IMG/VR virus record: IMGVR_UViG_3300034136_000001
Location: 1 to 40,178 of that record
Direction: 5' to 3' (one strand)
DNA from: a virus
DNA length: 40,178 nt
Below the pieces are notes generated by a model. It did no database searches, was not told where the DNA came from, and worked only from the letters and a program-made list of their open reading frames with translations. Each line of letters opens with the position of its first letter. Positions within the stretch are counted from its first letter, which is position 1. This document shows, piece after piece, positions 17,468 through 23,439 of the stretch. The translations under genes and the position numbers were made by a program.

Positions 17468-20299
17468 ATGGCAGATTTTATAGTTTATGCCGACGATGGA
17501 ACCCCCGCAGTAGTCGGTCCGGCTACGGGCACTCCATTCGTGGTGTCCGGTGCGTTGCGCGGGCCAGCCGGTGTAACTGGTCCAACGGGGCCAAAGGGCG
17601 ACACCGGAAATACTGGCCCGATTGGTCCGCAGGGGCTACAAGGGGCCGTCGGTCCGAAAGGTGATACTGGCTCAACAGGGCCACAGGGTCCAGCCGGCGC
17701 AAAAGGGGATAAAGGCGATCAGGGCGACCCTGGGAGCGGTGGCTCGGTTGGTTTTGTATTTGTCGCTGCTGATGATGCCTCTGCCGAGGACAAGGCTGGG
17801 GCTGATTATATCTGTGACGGTATTGCCGATGACGTGCAAATCCAGGCGGCTATCGACGATGTTATCGCAGTCGGCGGCAAGGTTATACTCTCCAGGGGTA
17901 TTTTTAACTTATCGGCCGCTCTAGTTATCGACGGTTTGCTTTCCTCGCTCCCTGATGTGAGCGAAAACTCCAGCACTATCATCCTCCACGGAACCGGCAA
18001 CCAAGGGACCGATCTATACATGCCCGCCAATACCAACGGCATACTATTAACCGGCTCTCCGATGGTCGATATCCAGAATCTCCGCATTTACATTAGCGGT
18101 ACTGGTAATGGTATCCGCAGCGTTATTACGACCGGCTCCTATCGTGGTTTCTGGAATAGTTCATTTAAGAATTTAAGCTTTGTTGGCGACTTTGCCGCCC
18201 ACTCCGGCTGGGCTATGAATCTCGATGGGCCATTCCGCTCAACCTTTGAAAACATCGAGGCCAACGGTGTCGGCAATGGCATCCGATTGGCTGCTACTAA
18301 TGGCGCTTTCAACCCTGGCAACTGTTTATTCTCCCGCTGTTTCATGGATCTGGGCGGTGCGCCCAATGGTATCGCTTACCAGCTTTGGACACCGGATGCC
18401 GGTGGTTCGTTTAATATTTGTACTTTTGTCCAGTGTGAGGGCATCGACGGTAACGCCAGTACAACCTCTGTAGGTTGGCATTTACGAGGCTCGGCTAATA
18501 GTTATTTCGCCACTAAGAATATCGTTATTATCAACTCCAACATGGAGGAATTTAACATTGCCGTTAAAATGGAACATGCCGAAGATAACTACATCCAGTT
18601 GTCATGGGCTAACGCCAAAGAGGGCGGAAAACTATTTGAAGCAGATACCCAGAGTTCCGCTAACGAGTTATATTGTACGACAGCCTATGTTGCCCCCGCT
18701 CGCACGTTCACGTTCTTGGACGACAATAACACGCAGACTAACCGGCCAAACAAAGCAGGCCGCACGACAACCTTTGTTGATACCGGCGGAAGCTTGCTTA
18801 TGGACGAGGCAGCTACCACTCATCTTGGCGAATTTAAGTGTTGGGGACCCGGCACTATAGACCCTGTGATTTCTACTTGGTATCCATTCGGTAAGGGTAA
18901 TTTCGTCGGACTGACTGGCGAAAGCGAGATTACCGCCGCACTAACCTTTGCGCCTCCACTCGGCTACCGCAAAATCCTCTTTAATATACCGGCTATGGTT
19001 GCCTCTGGCCCTGAGAATGGTTCGGTACACTTTAACAACACCGCCAACCCCGGTCATGCTATATCGGTCTACTCGAACTACGGCGTAAATGCCGAGGGCG
19101 CTATGATTCGCCTGACCGCCAATAATGCCGCATTTGATAAGCCGGTACTGGAGATCACGAACAACGGCACGGCCGGCTCTGCTTCCGGTATCCGTATTAA
19201 CGGCCCGCGCCCAGAAATCGAGTTTTGGGAAACAGATCAAACCGCTCCAGCCGGTGCGTTTGAAATTCGCGTCAATAACGACAAGTTCCAGATCGGAACG
19301 CGTAACGCTGCCAATAGCGGTTTTGAGTATCCGGTGACGTTCTACCGTGAAGCTAATAACGGCTATGTCGGCTTCGGCACAGAAACACCAGTCGAGCGGA
19401 TTGACGTAGTTGGGAACATTCAGGCCAGCGGCAACGTAGAAGCCAACAATATGTATCTCGATTATATGGGCGGCCGAGCTGACGCCAATGTAGACTTTGA
19501 CCTCAATATGACACTTCTTGGGACGGCGTTATTTAAGCAATTAGTTACTATCCAGGATGCTACCGACAATACCAAGCAAGTTCAATTTAACCTATCCGGT
19601 ATTACTACGGGGAACACCCGTGTTATATCATTCCCGAATGGCACAGTCACGCTGCTTGGGACTTCTAGCACCCAAACCATAACTAATAAGACATTTGACT
19701 TGGCTAATAACACTGTATCTGGCACTACCGCTCAATTTAATGCAGCGCTGACAGATAATGATTTCGCTACTCTAGCTGGTACTGAGACTTTTAGCAATAA
19801 AAGCCATAACGCTCCGATTATCGTCGGCCAGGCTACTCCAGCTACTCCCTCGGCTGGACGCGGTAAGCTGTACGGCGTGGGTACGAGCAATCCTCGGCCG
19901 GGTTGGATAAACGAGACTGGCACGGCTGAGACTATTGTTACCCAAGCAGCCGCCGAGACATTGACCAATAAACGCATTAATCCGCGTGTCAACGCGATTG
20001 CCGGCACAACCTCACCACAAGCCCCGACTGCCGATACTGTAGACCTCTGGGCGCATACCGCTATGTCGGTGGCTATGACGTTCAGCGCTCCGACTGGTAC
20101 GCCAGTAAACGGCCAAAAATTGATGCTCCGGCTCAAGGATAATGGTACTGCCCGCGCTCTAACTTGGAACGCAATTTATCGCAGTATGGGAGTAACACTT
20201 CCGACGACAACTGTTGTGAATAAAACAATGTATCTTGGTTTCATATATAACTCCGCTGACAGCAAATGGGATTTGATAGCACTATCCCAGGAGGCATAG
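17468..20299 (+). CDS. Collagen-like tail fibre or tailspike with a probable right-handed beta-helix (depolymerase-like) domain
   Basis: A 943-aa ORF with 20 uninterrupted G-X-Y triplets near the N-terminus. A long Gly/Asn/Thr/Ser-rich repetitive beta region follows (NGIRS, NGIRL and NGIAY turns). The C-terminal domain is shared with ORF 14751..15548. Confidence 0.75.
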   Translation: MADFIVYADDGTPAVVGPATGTPFVVSGALRGPAGVTGPTGPKGDTGNTGPIGPQGLQGAVGPKGDTGSTGPQGPAGAKGDKGDQGDPGSGGSVGFVFVAADDASAEDKAGADYICDGIADDVQIQAAIDDVIAVGGKVILSRGIFNLSAALVIDGLLSSLPDVSENSSTIILHGTGNQGTDLYMPANTNGILLTGSPMVDIQNLRIYISGTGNGIRSVITTGSYRGFWNSSFKNLSFVGDFAAHSGWAMNLDGPFRSTFENIEANGVGNGIRLAATNGAFNPGNCLFSRCFMDLGGAPNGIAYQLWTPDAGGSFNICTFVQCEGIDGNASTTSVGWHLRGSANSYFATKNIVIINSNMEEFNIAVKMEHAEDNYIQLSWANAKEGGKLFEADTQSSANELYCTTAYVAPARTFTFLDDNNTQTNRPNKAGRTTTFVDTGGSLLMDEAATTHLGEFKCWGPGTIDPVISTWYPFGKGNFVGLTGESEITAALTFAPPLGYRKILFNIPAMVASGPENGSVHFNNTANPGHAISVYSNYGVNAEGAMIRLTANNAAFDKPVLEITNNGTAGSASGIRINGPRPEIEFWETDQTAPAGAFEIRVNNDKFQIGTRNAANSGFEYPVTFYREANNGYVGFGTETPVERIDVVGNIQASGNVEANNMYLDYMGGRADANVDFDLNMTLLGTALFKQLVTIQDATDNTKQVQFNLSGITTGNTRVISFPNGTVTLLGTSSTQTITNKTFDLANNTVSGTTAQFNAALTDNDFATLAGTETFSNKSHNAPIIVGQATPATPSAGRGKLYGVGTSNPRPGWINETGTAETIVTQAAAETLTNKRINPRVNAIAGTTSPQAPTADTVDLWAHTAMSVAMTFSAPTGTPVNGQKLMLRLKDNGTARALTWNAIYRSMGVTLPTTTVVNKTMYLGFIYNSADSKWDLIALSQEA
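17561..17740 (+). repeat. Collagen-like (G-X-Y)x20 coding repeat
   Basis: The translation reads [60 protein letters not shown]. Confidence 0.9.
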
Positions 20300-20300
20300 C

Positions 20301-20933
20301 ATGGCCAAGATAGCGACCTTAGTTGAGGACTTCTCTGCCGCACTCAACCCTGCCATATGGAATTATTGGGGCAATCCTCTCTATGTCTATCCGTCCGGTG
20401 GCGAGCTGATATTAAAAAATGACCCCGGTACAACCAACTATCACGGCATCTCGACTCAGGTTGGCTACGATTTTACCAATAGCGCTGTCAGTGTCGGACT
20501 TGGCACTATGGCCAACCTCGATGACATAAATGACCCTGAATATTCTGTGACGGTGTTAAATGCCGAGATCGACGCCAACAATCGCTATTATTGGGCTTAT
20601 GAGGGCAGTAATGATTTAGTCGGCATGAAAGTAGTCGGCGGGGCCTATCAGTACCAATGTGGTTTCGATAAGGCGGCCACGGGCATCAACCGCGTTCAAA
20701 TCCGTATGGACGGGACAAACTGCTATTACGAGTACAGCTCTGATAATGGCGCAACCTGGACTATAGGCGCAACCGTCGCGCAAACAGGTGTACTGGCTAC
20801 AAATTTGTTTTTCTCTATTTCAACCGGGAATTGGGCGACTATAGCCGGGACTTACGAGAGTCATCTGCTTGATGTAAATTCACCTCCTGTGGTGGCAACA
20901 GCCAATCAGAATATGTTACTTATGTTTCAATAA
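20301..20933 (+). CDS. Hypothetical protein, possibly a lectin or jelly-roll-like tail accessory protein
   Basis: A 210-aa beta-rich ORF starting 1 nt after the fibre stop. I recognised no motif. Confidence 0.4.
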   Translation: MAKIATLVEDFSAALNPAIWNYWGNPLYVYPSGGELILKNDPGTTNYHGISTQVGYDFTNSAVSVGLGTMANLDDINDPEYSVTVLNAEIDANNRYYWAYEGSNDLVGMKVVGGAYQYQCGFDKAATGINRVQIRMDGTNCYYEYSSDNGATWTIGATVAQTGVLATNLFFSISTGNWATIAGTYESHLLDVNSPPVVATANQNMLLMFQ

Positions 20934-20944
20934 CGTGCTACAAT
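20916..20944 (+). promoter_or_regulatory. Promoter: TTACTT, 17-nt spacer, TG-c-TACAAT, in front of the endolysin gene (near-leaderless)
   Basis: TACAAT at 20939-20944 with TG at 20936-20937. The ATG at 20954 is 9 nt downstream and has no SD. Confidence 0.5.
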
Positions 20945-20953
20945 GGTATACAT

Positions 20954-22459
20954 ATGGGACGCAGACCAGTAAACGCACCGTACACAATCACTACCGAGTT
21001 TGGAGTTCCCGACGACTATGCGTTGTTTAAAGTTCATTCCGGTGTTGATTATGCTGTTGCAACTGGCACAAACGTATATGCCCCGGCTAGTGGCCGCGTT
21101 ATTTATATCGGCGAACATCCAACTAGGGGTCGCATGGTCGGCATTTTTGACGGCGAAAATACCCATCGCCTTATGCACAATACGCTTTTCGAGGTCGCCG
21201 TAGGCGAGCAAGTTAAAGAGGGCCAACTCGTCGCTAAATCCGGTGGCGGCAAGAACGACCCTGGGCGCGGTACATCGACTGGCCCGCACGTCCATTGGGA
21301 CATTATCAAGGGCGAAAAAATGGATGCCACCTCATTCAATGACTTTATTGACCCGTGGGGATGGCTCCAAAGCCACCAGGCAGTTGTTGAGGAAATCCCC
21401 GCCAAGCAGCAAGAACAACTCCTACCATTCCAGCGTAAAGTTGGTTCTGCCGGCGTTAATCACCGCGACGCTCCGAATACTCTAGCTCATATCCGCAAAG
21501 AATGGGCGGCCGGCGAGGTTCTTGATATCCAAGGTTATGTTGAGGGCCAAGATGTAAACGGCAGCAACAAATGGTTTGTTGGTAAATATACTGGCGGGTT
21601 CCTGCATAGCCGATCATTTAACGATACCGACACCCACGACTTACCAAATTTAACGGCCAAGTTATTCCCCGCACAAAGCGCACCTCAAGTTATCGACCCT
21701 CCAGAGGTCCCTGTAATGGTGTCATATGAGAAATTCGACGCCGAACTGGATTGTGTAACTAAGGTTGTACCGGCCCATGTCACCAACTATCAGCATGACG
21801 GCTTCCCTATTGTTCCTACCGAGGTTGTTATCCATGATTACGGGACTGACGGCCGTGACACAACTACCAGCGCCCACAATCATTTCAGGGCCGAGAACAC
21901 TACCGCGCCGCATTTCTCCGTAGACCAGGACGGTATTTATCAGCATGGTCGCTTAATTTGGCGTATGTTCCATGCTGGCCCGCTCGGTAACGATAAAATC
22001 GGCATTGAAGTCCACCCGGACGTAGATACCAACCCGCGCACCCAGGCAAACCTAAAGGTTCTTTTACTGGCGCTCGACCGATTATTTGGTAAGCTTAAGA
22101 GGCGTAAACACAGCGAGTATATGAATACTCTCTGTGGTGACGACATCCAGGTTAGCCGGTTCTGGCTAGAGGCGATGTATCCGGGGGATTATGTCACCAC
22201 CACTACGTCCACAACCACCGCTATCCCTGTAACAACTACAACTACGACGGCTATCATACCGCCGCATAATGGAGGGTACAGTATGAAATCAGTTAGTAAA
22301 GCAATTGCCGGTGTTATCGCTGGATATTTAACCCTTTGGCTCGCCAAGCATAATATCGTTATTAGTGATAATCTGCCCGATGTAATTGAAATGTTAATTG
22401 GCTCGGTAATTGTTGGTTTGGGTGTTTATTTCGCTCCAAAGAACAAGGAGAAGAAATAA
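20954..22459 (+). CDS. Multidomain endolysin: M23 peptidase, SH3b-like domain, N-acetylmuramoyl-L-alanine amidase (Amidase_2/PGRP-like), poly-Thr linker and two C-terminal TM helices
   Basis: M23 motifs HSGVDY (HxxxD) and GPHVHWD (HxH). An SH3b-like segment (VNHRDAPNT ... NKWFVGKYTGGFLHSRSF). Amidase_2-like segments (VVIHDYGTDG, HFSVDQDGIYQH). Linker TTTTSTTTAIPVTTTTTTAI. TM helices AIAGVIAGYLTLWLA and MLIGSVIVGLGVYFA. Confidence 0.8.
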   Translation: MGRRPVNAPYTITTEFGVPDDYALFKVHSGVDYAVATGTNVYAPASGRVIYIGEHPTRGRMVGIFDGENTHRLMHNTLFEVAVGEQVKEGQLVAKSGGGKNDPGRGTSTGPHVHWDIIKGEKMDATSFNDFIDPWGWLQSHQAVVEEIPAKQQEQLLPFQRKVGSAGVNHRDAPNTLAHIRKEWAAGEVLDIQGYVEGQDVNGSNKWFVGKYTGGFLHSRSFNDTDTHDLPNLTAKLFPAQSAPQVIDPPEVPVMVSYEKFDAELDCVTKVVPAHVTNYQHDGFPIVPTEVVIHDYGTDGRDTTTSAHNHFRAENTTAPHFSVDQDGIYQHGRLIWRMFHAGPLGNDKIGIEVHPDVDTNPRTQANLKVLLLALDRLFGKLKRRKHSEYMNTLCGDDIQVSRFWLEAMYPGDYVTTTTSTTTAIPVTTTTTTAIIPPHNGGYSMKSVSKAIAGVIAGYLTLWLAKHNIVISDNLPDVIEMLIGSVIVGLGVYFAPKNKEKK

Positions 22460-22548
22460 TGGATTTACTCACATTTTTGGAGGCTGCGGCCGATGTCTGC
22501 ATCATAGTATTTGTTCTCGTTTGGTTGTTTGCTCGACGTAACGTGTAA
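22459..22548 (+). CDS. 29-aa single-TM peptide, a lysis-accessory candidate
   Basis: Its ATG overlaps the endolysin TAA (TAATG). The sequence is MDLLTFLEAAADVCIIVFVLVWLFARRNV. It is below the ORF-track size cutoff. Confidence 0.35.
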   Translation: MDLLTFLEAAADVCIIVFVLVWLFARRNV

Positions 22549-22567
22549 CGTGCTACAATATAAGCGT

Positions 22568-22600
22568 AAGGAGGACTGCCTGTGGTCCTCCTTTGTTTGT
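22568..22600 (+). terminator. Intrinsic terminator-like hairpin after the lysis cassette
   Basis: A 9-bp stem AAGGAGGAC/GTCCTCCTT (22568-22576 and 22585-22593), an 8-nt loop, then the T-rich run tgtttgt. Confidence 0.55.
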
Positions 22601-22601
22601 A

Positions 22602-22610
22602 TGATATAAT
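22602..22610 (+). promoter_or_regulatory. Extended -10 promoter element TG-a-TATAAT
   Basis: Read directly. It is followed by RBS AAAGGA and the ATG at 22642. Confidence 0.45.
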
Positions 22611-22641
22611 CTAGTCACAACTTAACGAAAGGAATAGCACC

Positions 22642-22830
22642 ATGCATATCCAGAGCAATATATTAACTTTTTATGAGGATATGGGCGGTAATCCCGTACA
22701 ATTCCCTGATGGGACCTATAAAATTAGAATCGAATATGACCCGACACCGTTTGGCAATCAGTGGAAAATCCGCTGTTATGACAAAAAGGGCAATCGACTT
22801 GATAGCTTGAAGTTTGCAACTGAGGAATAG
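22642..22830 (+). CDS. Hypothetical 62-aa protein in a moron-like standalone transcription unit
   Basis: It has its own -10 element, its own RBS and a strong terminator 40 nt downstream. Confidence 0.5.
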   Translation: MHIQSNILTFYEDMGGNPVQFPDGTYKIRIEYDPTPFGNQWKIRCYDKKGNRLDSLKFATEE

Positions 22831-22871
22831 TGATATAATAAAAACGCACTTTGAGATGCCGATCAAGCACC

Positions 22872-22901
22872 AAAAAAGCACCCACGACAGGTGCTTTTTT
22901 T
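22872..22901. terminator. Bidirectional intrinsic terminator
   Basis: AAAAAA-GCACC-cacgaca-GGTGC-TTTTTTT. It sits where plus-strand late transcription and the minus-strand RNA operon converge. Confidence 0.8.
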
Positions 22902-22977
22902 GGTTGCGGGTCGCGGATTTCAACCGACGTTACTCCAACTTATGAGATTGGCGAGATTAGCATACCTCCCACCCGCA
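22901..22977 (-). tRNA. tRNA-Met(CAT)-like gene with a non-canonical T arm
   Basis: The minus strand gives 77 nt with acceptor TGCGGGT/ACCCGCA (7 bp), D stem GAGG/TCTC, anticodon stem CCAAT/GTTGG and loop CTCATAA (anticodon CAT). The 3' ACCA is encoded. However, the T loop is TTGAAAT (G at position 56), the T stem has only 3 clean pairs, and the D loop TATGCTAA lacks GG. Confidence 0.55.
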
Positions 22978-22982
22978 TAGAC

Positions 22983-23027
22983 GGCCCTGGCAGGGTTTCC
23001 CCTGCACTCGGCGTCCCTCAGAGGGCC
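22983..23027 (-). ncRNA. Structured spacer between the two tRNA-like genes, containing a GNRA-capped hairpin
   Basis: On the minus strand an outer helix GGCCCT/AGGGCC encloses GCAGGG-GAAA-CCCTGC, a 6-bp stem with a GAAA tetraloop. Confidence 0.4.
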
Positions 23028-23033
23028 ATATAG

Positions 23034-23149
23034 TACCAGTGGCGGGACTCGAACCCGCGTGAGCCTTGCAAAGCTCCCTGCCCGGCGACTAGTACACCGG
23101 GGCTGACGGCCCCCCTAGCAAGGGCGCTCGGCCACTGAGCTACACTGGC
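23034..23149 (-). tRNA. tRNA-like gene with canonical acceptor, D and T arms but 48 nt in place of the anticodon loop
   Basis: Read on the minus strand: acceptor GCCAGTG/CACTGGT, D arm GCTC-AGTGGCC-GAGC, T arm GCGGG-TTCGAGT-CCCGC, and variable region CTCAC. CCTTGC and GCAAGG, at the anticodon-stem position, are separated by 48 nt, which contains the hairpin CCCGGTG-UACUAGU-CGCCGGG. No CCA is encoded. Confidence 0.5.
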
Positions 23150-23160
23150 ATAGACGACTA

Positions 23161-23330
23161 TGGCAATGTTGGCGGCGCTATGAAGCTTACATTTCTTTCC
23201 TTTGGTACTTTCCGCCGGAACATTGAACGTCATTCTGCCTTTGGTAGTACCGGACTTGCACCGCTATCCTCCACAGGGGGTCTTTTGGTAATCCACAACC
23301 CCCAACGCTGGGCGACGTTACCGCCAACAC
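23161..23330 (-). ncRNA. Unclassified structured RNA candidate of about 170 nt, the first element of the RNA operon
   Basis: It starts 5 nt after a minus-strand TATAAT. A 10-bp closing helix forms between GUGUUGGCGG (23330-23321) and CCGCCAACAU (23175-23166), including a G-U pair that is possible only on the minus strand. It ends in UUGCCA. Internal hairpins include GGGGG...CCCCC and a T-arm-like CGG-UGCAAGU-CCG. No convincing ORF is present. Confidence 0.4.
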
Positions 23331-23334
23331 TGGT

Positions 23335-23340
23335 ATTATA
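23335..23340 (-). promoter_or_regulatory. TATAAT -10 element on the minus strand, heading the RNA operon
   Basis: The reverse complement of 23335-23340 is TATAAT. The upstream -35 region is weak (ACTAAT or TACTAA). Confidence 0.4.
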
Positions 23341-23439
23341 TCTAATCTTTTCTTTCGATTAGTAGAGTTACCCCGATAACTATAATTAGACATATAATCA
23401 TAGCGCCCGTCGAGGAAGCGGTGTTGGTAACTTCTTCCA

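Noticed and set aside
14751-20299. A diversity-generating retroelement acting on the shared fibre C-terminal domains.
   Set aside because: No reverse transcriptase gene is present. There is no nucleotide-level template/variable repeat pair, and the two copies are similar only at the protein level.
22983-23027. A hammerhead-like ribozyme in the spacer, suggested by CUGAGGGAC ... GAAAC.
   Set aside because: The CUGANGA box carries an extra G. The GAAA is simply the tetraloop of a 6-bp hairpin. The three-stem core cannot be drawn.
23034-23149. Amber-suppressor tRNA and stop-codon recoding, suggested by the CUA in the distal 7-nt loop.
   Set aside because: The loop has A rather than U at the position equivalent to U33, and it sits on an abnormal long arm. 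In addition, TAG is used as an ordinary stop at 4950, 7034, 11161, 15546 and 20297, and all genes are intact under the standard code.
23034-23149. A mini-tmRNA, meaning a tRNA-like domain plus a tag reading frame.
   Set aside because: It has a full D arm and no G3-U70 alanine identity pair. The only open frame through the insert runs on through the T arm. It has no pseudoknots or resume-codon context.
22901-23149. The tRNA genes as an attP site for integrative lysogeny.
   Set aside because: I can recognise no integrase or recombinase anywhere in the genome, and no partial tRNA duplication.
23161-23330. A ToxI-like tandem antitoxin RNA repeat, suggested by three UACCAAAGG motifs about 40 nt apart.
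   Set aside because: Only the 9-mer is shared. The intervening sequences are unrelated, so these are not tandem repeat units, and no toxN-like gene follows.
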